DNA of 64,000 nt from Candidatus Zhuqueibacterota bacterium (GTDB lineage: Bacteria > Zhuqueibacterota > Zhuqueibacteria > Thermofontimicrobiales > Thermofontimicrobiaceae): contig JBMOPW010000007.1 in NCBI GenBank assembly GCA_049322915.1, forward strand, positions 340,246-404,245, in the 5' to 3' direction. Position 1 is the first letter of the stretch. Every line of letters starts with the position of its first letter. Positions 55,783 to 64,000 of the stretch are shown in pieces. The position numbers were made by a program, and so were the translations under genes. The notes beneath the pieces are model-generated. The model saw only the letters and a program-made list of their open reading frames with translations, ran no database searches and was not told the origin of the DNA.

Positions 55783-58170
55783 TTAGGGCGCCACGTTCAA
55801 TTTCTGCTGTTGAGTTCGTTTCTCAAATGCCAAATCCAGCACATCGCTCATCTTTTCTAAAAAATGAAATTTCATTTCTCGACGAATTTGTTCGGGTATT
55901 TCAATCAAATCTTTCTCGTTTTGAGCGGGCAGAAACACGGTTCTGATCCCGGCCCGATGCGCTGCGAGCACCTTTTCTTTGATCCCGCCAACAGGCAGTA
56001 CCGAGCCTCTCAGGGTAATTTCGCCGGTCATCGCCACGTCGCTGCGGACGTATTGCCCGGTCAATAGTGAAAGCAACGATGAGAACAGCGTAATCCCCGC
56101 TGACGGCCCATCTTTGGGGATGGCGCCAGCCGGGATGTGAATGTGAATATCGTATTTTTCATGGAAATCCTTCTCGACATTCAGTTCATCCGCTTTGGAG
56201 CGAATGTACGACAAGGCCGCCTGAGCAGATTCCTTCATCACATCGCCCAATTGACCGGTCAGACTGAGTTGTCCTTTGCCGCGCATTTTTGTGGATTCGA
56301 AGAACAGAATATCACCGCCAACCGGCGTCCACGCCAGGCCGATGGCAATGCCGGTTTCATTGATCCGCTCAGCCGATTCCTGGAAGAATTTTTTCGGTCC
56401 CAGATATTCGGTCAGTTTTTTCTCGGTGATGCGAGTCTTCTTTGCATGACTTATGTTCTTTGACATCGCCACATCCTTGGCAACACCGCGGCAGACTCCG
56501 GCAATTTGCCGCTCCAGATTTCGCACCCCGGCTTCCCGTGTGTACGAGTTGATCATCAGTTTGATAGACGACTCCGGGATAGTAATCAGTTTATTAGTCA
56601 ATCCGTGTTCGGTAATTTGCTTGGGAACCAGAAAATTCCGCGCAATTTGAACTTTATCCTCTTCCACGTAGCTGGGAATTTCGATGATTTCCATGCGATC
56701 TTTGAGCGCCGGCGGAATCGGCTCTGACATGTTGGCAGTGGCGATGAACAGCACTTTGGACAGGTCAAACGCTACTTCCAGATAATGATCGCTGAATGAG
56801 AAATTCTGCTCCGGGTCCAGTACCTCCAGCAGCGCGGATGATGGATCCCCGCGGAAGTCGTGTCCCAATTTATCGATTTCATCCAGCATGAAGACCGGAT
56901 TGTTAGATCCCGCCTTTTTGATACCCTGAATGATACGGCCGGGAAGCGCTCCGATATACGTCCGACGATGGCCGCGCATTTCTGCCTCGTCATGAATCCC
57001 GCCCAGCGACATGCGAACGAAATTTCGCCCCATGGCTTCGGCGATGGAGCGGCCCAGCGAGGTTTTGCCGACGCCAGGAGGGCCGACGAAACAGAGGATC
57101 GGCCCTTTCATATCCGGCTTCAATTTGCGTACAGCCAGATATTCCAGAATTCGCTTTTTGACCTTCTCCAGATTATAATGGTCGGCGTCCAATTTCTTCT
57201 GAACACGTTTGATATCAAGGTTGTCTTTTGTCGAAATCGACCAGGGCAGTTCCATCAACCAGTCCAGGTACGTCCGGGATACAGTGTACTCGGCTGACGA
57301 AGGATGCATTTGCGCTAACCGATCCAGTTCCTTCTCCGCGACCTTTTGGGCCTCTTTCGGCATTTTGGCCTTCTTGATTTTCTGTTTCAGTTCATGTATT
57401 TCTGATGTGTCAGAATCATCGCCCAGTTCCTTTTGAATCGTCTTCAACTGCTCGCGCAGATACAATTCCCGTTGCGTCTTCCCAATTTTTGTCTGAATAT
57501 CGGACTGAATTTTCTCGCCCAGTTCCAGCGTTTGCAGCTTCTTATTAATGAGCAGATTGGCCTTATTCAATCGCTCCATAACGTTAAGCGTGCTGAGAAC
57601 ATCCTGCTTGTCCTTGATGGCGACACTGGAAAATGCAATGATCATATCCGCCAACATCCCGGGTTCCTTGATATTGGAAACCATGACCAGTTGTTCATAC
57701 GTAATCTCAGTCGATAATTCGACCATGCGTTTGAAAATTTTTCGCAGGTTGGTTGTCAGCGCCTCAACCTGAGCCGTGTCTTCAATGACCTGTTCATTGA
57801 TTGGCTCGAAAATAGCTTTGAAGAAGGGAGCTTCCTGGGTGAACGTGATCAGTTTGATGCGATACAATCCCTGAATCAAAATGGTTTTGCTCCCGTCCGG
57901 CATATCGATGGTGCGGTGAATTTTGGCGGCAGTGCCGATGAAATAGAGATCTTCAGTGGTTGGATTTTCAATGGTTGATTTTTTCTGGGCCAGAATTGCA
58001 ATGATGTCATCATCCTTGCCTGTTTCTCCGACCAGCTTGAGCGATTTTTCACGGGCTACTGTAATCGGTAAAAGCTGTTGAGGAAAAAGGACTTCATTTC
58101 GAAGCGGTATCACCGGCAGCACCGTGGGTATTCTTGAAAAGAATTCTCGTTTAAATTCACTCATTGTCAT
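55783..58170 (-). CDS. lon: ATP-dependent protease La (LonA)
   Basis: LON_substr_bdg N-terminus, Walker [23 protein letters not shown], catalytic PKDGPSAG and GGIKEK. Confidence 0.97.
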   Translation of the reverse strand: MTMSEFKREFFSRIPTVLPVIPLRNEVLFPQQLLPITVAREKSLKLVGETGKDDDIIAILAQKKSTIENPTTEDLYFIGTAAKIHRTIDMPDGSKTILIQGLYRIKLITFTQEAPFFKAIFEPINEQVIEDTAQVEALTTNLRKIFKRMVELSTEITYEQLVMVSNIKEPGMLADMIIAFSSVAIKDKQDVLSTLNVMERLNKANLLINKKLQTLELGEKIQSDIQTKIGKTQRELYLREQLKTIQKELGDDSDTSEIHELKQKIKKAKMPKEAQKVAEKELDRLAQMHPSSAEYTVSRTYLDWLMELPWSISTKDNLDIKRVQKKLDADHYNLEKVKKRILEYLAVRKLKPDMKGPILCFVGPPGVGKTSLGRSIAEAMGRNFVRMSLGGIHDEAEMRGHRRTYIGALPGRIIQGIKKAGSNNPVFMLDEIDKLGHDFRGDPSSALLEVLDPEQNFSFSDHYLEVAFDLSKVLFIATANMSEPIPPALKDRMEIIEIPSYVEEDKVQIARNFLVPKQITEHGLTNKLITIPESSIKLMINSYTREAGVRNLERQIAGVCRGVAKDVAMSKNISHAKKTRITEKKLTEYLGPKKFFQESAERINETGIAIGLAWTPVGGDILFFESTKMRGKGQLSLTGQLGDVMKESAQAALSYIRSKADELNVEKDFHEKYDIHIHIPAGAIPKDGPSAGITLFSSLLSLLTGQYVRSDVAMTGEITLRGSVLPVGGIKEKVLAAHRAGIRTVFLPAQNEKDLIEIPEQIRREMKFHFLEKMSDVLDLAFEKRTQQQKLNVAP

Positions 58171-58369
58171 TTTCCTGTATTTATGGTGAAAGAATCCCGC
58201 AGCATGAATCGCGTGAGACTCCGATAATCGTGATTTAAAAGTCGATCATTAAACAGTGTCGATTCAGTCAATTGCTTTTAGCACATCCCGACATCAGTCC
58301 AGTGAGTTGTTAATCTCCAATTCCACCTTCCAGGGTCGGGTTCATCTGATTTTACAAAAGTGTCTGTAC

Positions 58370-58384
58370 GCAAAATATATGCCA
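58370..58384 (-). promoter_or_regulatory. sigma54 promoter upstream of lon
   Basis: Minus strand TGGCATA-TATT-TTGC (GG-N10-GC), ~200 nt before the start codon. Confidence 0.7.
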
Positions 58385-58732
58385 CATTAATTTCTATCGG
58401 CATAACTGATTAAAAACAAAAACAATAAGCCTGTCACGATGGTTCGGTCAGCGATTTTTTTTTGCATGATTGTCCTATGAACAAGTAATCGTTGCGTCAG
58501 AATGGCATGATTTTCCTGTCATCATAGCCCTGCCGTCTCCGAAGGTGTGCGACTAAAATTCCGTGTCATGCTGAACGTAATCCTGTTAATCGCCCTGACT
58601 GGAGAGTTACATCTGTCTGAGGCGGGATATTCTCGAAATCGTGATTGGGGCGAATTCGAAAATTAATGAGAAATATCTTGTATTTTAGTTTTAACTGCTA
58701 TATATTTTATGTTCAAAAGAGGGCTATGAAAA

Positions 58733-59194
58733 ATGAGGCGTTTCCACATTTTTATCTTGCTTGTTGTTTCACTGGCAGGGATGACCTGTCAGGCAAACAT
58801 TTCTACAGATTCAGAGAAGCGCGCTGTCGCCGCTTTGGTTGATGCGTATACAGCCGCCTTTGATGCGAAGGACTTTCAAAAATTTTCCGGATATTGTTCG
58901 GATGAAATGAAATTTTTCACACTCGATGGTCAGATTTTCGACCGCGAAACCATGGTTCCATTTTTAGATCGAATGATGTCCCGCTGGCAGCATTTAAAGA
59001 CGTCGATTGATGGTCTTGAAATCAATGCCAGTTCGAGGTATGGTTGGGCGCGATACCAACAAATCATTCGCTTCTCCATAGCCGGGCAGGAAGGCGCAAT
59101 GCATAATTTGATCTCCGTGGGCCTTGTTAAAGAAAATGACTCCTGGAGGATCAGCCATTTTCACATGTCGACAAGCTACATCAAAAATCAATGA
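58733..59194 (+). CDS. SnoaL-like/NTF2-fold (DUF4440-like) putative lipoprotein
   Basis: Signal with GMTC; YTAAFDAKDF...WRISHFHMS C-terminal signature. Confidence 0.8.
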   Translation: MRRFHIFILLVVSLAGMTCQANISTDSEKRAVAALVDAYTAAFDAKDFQKFSGYCSDEMKFFTLDGQIFDRETMVPFLDRMMSRWQHLKTSIDGLEINASSRYGWARYQQIIRFSIAGQEGAMHNLISVGLVKENDSWRISHFHMSTSYIKNQ

Positions 59195-59300
59195 GTCGAG
59201 CCTCCGATGCGATGCGTTGTAAGCCGCAAGCTCAGCAGCGTTCGCAGAAAGCGAGCCTGGCTATTCGCTGGAATTCATGGCGCGCGAACTTTTTTTTATC

Positions 59301-59329
59301 TTGACCAAAGATATTTTTTTTTGTACATT
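59301..59329 (+). promoter_or_regulatory. Putative sigma70-type promoter of the fumarase gene
   Basis: TTGACC-N17-TACATT(GC) with TG extension. Confidence 0.55.
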
Positions 59330-59402
59330 GCAACGCAGCACTAACCCACCCATGTTATCCTTTCGGTATATACCTTTTTTCCAACAACCAACAGGAGGTT
59401 AA

Positions 59403-60917
59403 ATGAATAAAGAAAAATTTACTGAAAGTATCCTTGAATTAATCCGACGAACTTCGGCGTATCTTCCTCCCGATGTCGAACAGGTCATTGCGTTGAGCCG
59501 AAAATTGGAGAAGCCCGGTTCCAAGGCGGATTTTGCGCTGGACCTGGTGATGCAGAATATTGGATTGGCCAAGCGACGTTCGTTGCCCATCTGTCAGGAT
59601 ACTGGCTTACTGACTTTCTATGTAAAATGCCCGTTGGGATTCAATCAGATAAAATTGCATGAAGCAATTGAAGAAGCCGTGTTGGTGGCGACGAAAAAAG
59701 GTTATCTCCGGCAAAACTCAGTCGATAGTTTGACCGGGAAAAATTCCGGAACGAATCTGGGACCGGGCAGCCCGGTCATCAAATTTACGCAGAGCGAAGA
59801 CGATGATCTGGATATTCGCCTGATTCAAAAGGGTGGCGGCTGCGAAAATATGTCGACGCAGTATAAATTGCCGGCTGAATTTCAGGGGAAAAAATTTGGA
59901 CGCGACCTGGAGGGGGTGAGAGCGTGCATTCTGGACGCTGTGTACCAGGCCCAGGGCAAGGGCTGCAGCCCGGGATTTTTGGGCGTGTGCATTGGCGGCG
60001 ATCGGGCGAGTGGCTACGACTGGGCGAAACATCAACTGCTGCGAACCATCGACGACGTCAATCCCATGCCGGAGCTGGCTGAGCTGGAAAGTCGCATCAT
60101 GAAAGAAGCCAATGATCTGCAAGTGGGCCCCATGGGATTTGGCGGAAAACTAACCATTGGCTGCTGCAAAATCGGGCTGCGGAATCGCCTCCCGGCATCG
60201 TTTTTTGTCTCCATTGCCTACATGTGCTGGGCCTATCGCCGGCGCGGATTTATTCTGGATCAGAACGGTGATGTCAGGGAATGGCTCTACCAGACCGAAG
60301 GCGAATTTGACAAACCAGTCGACTTCCCTGAGACATTCGAGATTCCCAAAGCGACCGTGAAAGTCCTGAACACGCCGGCCAGTGAAGCGGATATCCGCGC
60401 GCTGAAGGTTGGGGATATTGTGATTATCAACGGTACGATGTTCACCGGGCGGGATGCGGTTCATAAATATCTGCACGAAGGCGGTGAACTGGATGTCATT
60501 AAAAACGGGATTATCTATCACTGCGGGCCGGTCATTTTGAAGGAGCAGGGCGAATACAAGACTATGGCTGCTGGCCCGACGACCTCAATCCGGGAGGAGC
60601 CCTATCAGGGCGATATCATTCAAAAATTTGGCGTCAAAGCAGTCATCGGGAAAGGCGGCATGGGCGCGAAAACATTAGCTGCCTGCGAGAAGCATGGCGC
60701 AGTGTATTTACATGCCATCGGCGGAGCGGCCCAGATCTATGCCCAGTGCGTCAAGAAAATTCCCCATGTGTATCTGGAACAATTTGGCAGTCCCGAAGCG
60801 GTGTGGGAATTCCAGGTGGAAGGCTTTCCGGCTGTCGTCACAATGGATTCGCACGGAAATTCGTTGCACAAAGACATCGACCAGGTATCCCTCGCCAGGT
60901 TGAAAGAAAAACTGTAA
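59403..60917 (+). CDS. Class I (Fe-S) fumarate hydratase, fused alpha/beta
   Basis: LPICQDTG, KGGGCEN, GKGCSPG, TGRDAVH, AGPTTSIREEPY, GKGGMG, VTMDSHG; AGGAGG RBS. Confidence 0.93.
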   Translation: MNKEKFTESILELIRRTSAYLPPDVEQVIALSRKLEKPGSKADFALDLVMQNIGLAKRRSLPICQDTGLLTFYVKCPLGFNQIKLHEAIEEAVLVATKKGYLRQNSVDSLTGKNSGTNLGPGSPVIKFTQSEDDDLDIRLIQKGGGCENMSTQYKLPAEFQGKKFGRDLEGVRACILDAVYQAQGKGCSPGFLGVCIGGDRASGYDWAKHQLLRTIDDVNPMPELAELESRIMKEANDLQVGPMGFGGKLTIGCCKIGLRNRLPASFFVSIAYMCWAYRRRGFILDQNGDVREWLYQTEGEFDKPVDFPETFEIPKATVKVLNTPASEADIRALKVGDIVIINGTMFTGRDAVHKYLHEGGELDVIKNGIIYHCGPVILKEQGEYKTMAAGPTTSIREEPYQGDIIQKFGVKAVIGKGGMGAKTLAACEKHGAVYLHAIGGAAQIYAQCVKKIPHVYLEQFGSPEAVWEFQVEGFPAVVTMDSHGNSLHKDIDQVSLARLKEKL

Positions 60918-61736
60918 TTATTCAGGTGACCATGCTGACGCATGGCGCTGGTTTAAAATTGTACCAACTCCACGATTTACCGTGGTGTTCAAAAATCAAC
61001 CGGCCAGCTAACCAGCTGCTTCAGCGGCTTGTGGAATACGTGTGCTGGGAAGTTATAAAAAATCTATATCACATTTTAATACACCTGTCGCGCCGGATAT
61101 GTATCCAGCGCAGGCAACGGCCGGGACGTTCGGGATGAATATCCCAAACGATCAGTTGGCATCTTCGTGACATGGCGGTTTTGTAGCAAGAACACATGCC
61201 TGAATAGTAACGAAAAATTATAACACCCGGACTGACGGAGTGAGCGGTGCAATTCAGGCGCAGCTCACCGTCGGGACGATGGATGCCGATTCAATTCACG
61301 CTGTCCGCACGATCTTTCGACGAGGATTGCCGAAGGAGGAGTCAGTCCCTCTTTGCGGCTGTCCCTGGAAAGTAGCAGAATAGTCGTGGGCAGATGTTCA
61401 TTGCAAGAACTGACCAGGTTGGATGACGCAATACATCCAACCTGTAAATTATCTCAAGAACGACACCTGGAAATAAGAGGAGGAGAGCCTAAGCCACGTC
61501 ATTTGATTGATACCTGAAATTGAAAATTGGGTTCAGCGACACATTGCTCCGGATAGATTTTGTCGATTGATGGCGTCAATGTGTTCCGGGCGTGTGAGTG
61601 ACTTGCATCAGTTCGGTTCGCTCCAAAGAAAGGGTCAGTTGGAGTGGAACGCAGCGAGTCGATTTACCCGCTCTGGTGAATTGAGCCCAGATTTCAGAAA
61701 TTCAGGTAAAAGGAAATATCCATTCGGAGGGAAAGT

Positions 61737-62201
61737 ATGGTACAGATTGGGGATATCGCGCCTGATTTTTCATTGCCCAATCAGAACAACGCGATCATCC
61801 GTTTGTCTGACTTCTCAGGAAAAAAGGTTGTTATCTATTTCTATCTCAATGATGATACTCCAGGATGCACTAAAGAAGCTTGTTCGTTCCGAGATCGATA
61901 TCATGACTTTCAAAAAAAGGAGACTGAGATTCTTGGCATCAGTTGCGATTTGCCGAATTCTCACAGATCGTTCATTGAAAAATACAATCTGCCATTTCAA
62001 CTTTTAAGCGACAGCGATACGCGGATTGCCACCCGTTGGGGGGTATATGGTGAAAAGAACGTTTACGGCCGCAAATTTATGGGCATTCACCGAACGACAT
62101 TTATCCTCGACAGGCAGGGCAGGGTGGCTCACATCTTCACCAAGGTCTCGCCGTCCACCCATGCGCGCGAAGTTTTAGAGAAACTGGATTCGATTCAATA
62201 G
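61737..62201 (+). CDS. bcp: Thioredoxin-dependent thiol peroxidase (BCP/PrxQ)
   Basis: APDFSL, YFY..DDTPGCTKEAC.FRD, KYNLPFQLLSD, RTTFILD; GGAGG RBS. Confidence 0.92.
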   Translation: MVQIGDIAPDFSLPNQNNAIIRLSDFSGKKVVIYFYLNDDTPGCTKEACSFRDRYHDFQKKETEILGISCDLPNSHRSFIEKYNLPFQLLSDSDTRIATRWGVYGEKNVYGRKFMGIHRTTFILDRQGRVAHIFTKVSPSTHAREVLEKLDSIQ

Positions 62202-62320
62202 AGAAAACGATCCGGGTTCTTTTGCGGAGTGACGGGCCGGTAGTATTCTGGTTCCGATTCATGGGCCATTGCATTGCGTAAATTTTCTCATTAGAAAACA
62301 CGAGTGGAGGTTTTTTCACC

Positions 62321-62998
62321 ATGGATATTAAAATTATGGTCATTGAAGACGATCCCGATATTAGTGAAATTCTGGAATACAATCTCCAGCAGGAGGGCTA
62401 TGATGTAATTGTCTGCAATGACGGCGAAAAGGCGCTCGAACAGATTCAGAAAAATCCGCCGACAATGATTCTGCTGGATTTGATGCTCCCCGGCAAAAAC
62501 GGTCTGGAGATTGCCCGCGCAGTGCGCAAGGACGATCGAACGACCAATCTGCCGATCATCATGATTACAGCCCGCTCCGAAGAGATGGACGTGTTGCAGG
62601 GTTTGGAACTGGGCGCCGACGATTATATCACCAAGCCATTCCGTCCCAAAGAAGTCATTGCGCGCGTGAAAGCGCTACTGCGACGCCATCATCGCGATGA
62701 AGATAAAATCTACCAGTTGGGCAAGCTGACCGTCAATTTTTCCAAACACCAGGTGTCGGCTGGCGACAAAGTGCTGGACTTAACGCCCAAGGAATTCCTG
62801 CTGTTGAAAGCGTTGATCCAGGCCAATGGCCGCGTCCTTTCGAGGGACCAGTTGCTGGATCAGGTGTGGGGATATGATTATTACGGGGACCCGCGCACCG
62901 TGGATGTGCATATTCGCCGGCTGCGGAAGAAGCTGGATTTTTGGGCCAATGTGGTCGAGACGGTGAAGGGATTCGGCTATCGCATCAAACTGGCATGA
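62321..62998 (+). CDS. OmpR/PhoB-family response regulator (PhoB/PhoP-like)
   Basis: IEDD...LDLMLPG...[10 protein letters not shown]; winged helix LTPKEF...[11 protein letters not shown]...ETVKGFGY. Confidence 0.93.
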   Translation: MDIKIMVIEDDPDISEILEYNLQQEGYDVIVCNDGEKALEQIQKNPPTMILLDLMLPGKNGLEIARAVRKDDRTTNLPIIMITARSEEMDVLQGLELGADDYITKPFRPKEVIARVKALLRRHHRDEDKIYQLGKLTVNFSKHQVSAGDKVLDLTPKEFLLLKALIQANGRVLSRDQLLDQVWGYDYYGDPRTVDVHIRRLRKKLDFWANVVETVKGFGYRIKLA

Positions 62999-63293
62999 CC
63001 CGGTTTCATCGAAACAATGGGGATGCGTCTGCCTCTGGCGGTCAGTTGGGGCGCTTCCTTCGGCATGTGCGAACCTGCTTTAAAAGCAGTCGTCTGATAA
63101 ACCTGGTCATTGCGACTCCCAAAACCGATTAGATCCGCGAAGTAACCACCGCTGCGACTTTTCCTGTCAATTAAATGCAATGTAGCTGAGCCGACCACTG
63201 TCCTGAGGCATGCTGAAAATGCCACCTGACAAACTCTCACTTCAGAATTGATTCGTGAAATACCGTTCATTACGCTCTGGAAAAAACAAAGCT

Positions 63294-64000
63294 ATGTTCA
63301 AAAAGTATCGATTGAATTTCGTCTACGTTGTGCTCATTGTCTCGACAATCGCCTTTGTCATTTTTGATATTACGCTGTACGTGAGCCTGAAGGAATATCT
63401 GTACCTGCAGACGTTCAATGAAATGCGGATGAAAACCAGCCTGGCAGTTAAATTGCTGGAACAGAAACGGATCAATCTGCAACCATCCAATATTCATGAA
63501 TTGAAGGATTTAGCCTCACAGTTAGAACATATCGCCAATTCCAGAGTGACCATTATCGATTCCACCGGTCGCGTGCTCATTGATTCCGACGTTCCTGATG
63601 AACACGTGCCGCTCATGGACAATCATATCAAGCGTCCGGAAGTGCAGGACGCCATTAATTCCGGCTGGGGCCAGAGTTACCGGGACAGCGACACCATCCG
63701 GCGCAAATTATTTTACACCGCATTCACCATTCGTAATGAAGGCCGAATCATCGGATTTCTTCGGTTGGCTTACTATGCCCAGAAATTCGAAGAGTCGCTC
63801 AATAAAATCATCGTCCTGATGATCGCGGCAAACGTTTTTGGATTGGTCACGCTGTTTGTGGGAGCATTCTATCTGGGCACGCTGGTGACATTGCCCATTC
63901 TGAAAATTGTTCGGACTGCAAAAACCATTGCGGCAGGGGATTTGAATCGGTCATTTCCCACCCATCGAAAGGACGAGATCGGCACGCTGGCCGAGATTTT
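63294..64000 (+). CDS. PhoR-like sensor histidine kinase, 3'-truncated by the window edge (absent from the ORF track)
   Basis: Translated by hand: MFKKYRLNFVYVVLIVSTIAFVIF...RVTIIDSTGRVLIDSD...MDNHIKRPEVQDA (sCache-like), second TM, HAMP start (DEIGTLAEI). Confidence 0.85.
   Translation, partial: MFKKYRLNFVYVVLIVSTIAFVIFDITLYVSLKEYLYLQTFNEMRMKTSLAVKLLEQKRINLQPSNIHELKDLASQLEHIANSRVTIIDSTGRVLIDSDVPDEHVPLMDNHIKRPEVQDAINSGWGQSYRDSDTIRRKLFYTAFTIRNEGRIIGFLRLAYYAQKFEESLNKIIVLMIAANVFGLVTLFVGAFYLGTLVTLPILKIVRTAKTIAAGDLNRSFPTHRKDEIGTLAEI

Noticed and set aside
61184..61201. Minus-strand sigma54-like site AGGCATG-TGTTC-TTGC
   Set aside because: GG-to-GC spacing is 11 nt, not the required 10.
61229..61275. 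Cobalamin riboswitch (GGTGCAATTC resembles its T-loop)
   Set aside because: No upstream GGGAA and no CCC-GC-ACTGT or B12 box; the downstream gene is unrelated to B12.
61507..62007. 166-aa plus-strand ORF overlapping bcp
   Set aside because: Alternative frame over a well-supported gene, with no recognisable motif.
62999..63293. 295-nt gap between the PhoB-like and PhoR-like genes as a hidden element
   Set aside because: Only a 7-nt direct repeat (TGCGACT) and short stems; no pho box, promoter or ORF that I can support.

Overview
Bacterial chromosomal window, probably from the FCB superphylum outside Bacteroidota (KSB1/Calditrichota-like). This placement is an inference from a Bacteroidota-type short sigmaA and T9SS PorU/PorD genes combined with clear Shine-Dalgarno use and TTGACT-N17-TAnnnT promoters. 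In order, the window holds: a partial CDF transporter; a KinB/AlgB-like sigma54 two-component pair; a sigma54-type promoter before a STAS-exbB-exbD-exbD-tonB-small membrane protein-PstS-like-TPR-lipoprotein operon; an 11-subunit complex I (nuoABCDHIJKLMN, no nuoEFG); AGCS and lactate transporters; M49 and M1 peptidases; a GAF-GGDEF cyclase; T9SS-associated genes (HhH/beta-barrel, PorV/PorQ-like, PorD/DUF4835, two tandem PorU paralogues); a family-5 solute-binding protein plus an orphan Cache kinase; rpsU and rpoD; rlmD; lon; class I fumarase; bcp; and phoB with a partial phoR. The most notable unexplained signals are non-coding. One is a complete ~155-nt minus-strand transcription unit (sigma54 promoter, stem-loops, intrinsic terminator) between porU2 and rlmD. 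The others are three long structured ORF-poor regions, upstream of rpsU, upstream of the binding protein and downstream of fumarase. No rRNA, tRNA, CRISPR array, transposase or prophage was recognised. All RNA structures were paired by eye, not computed.
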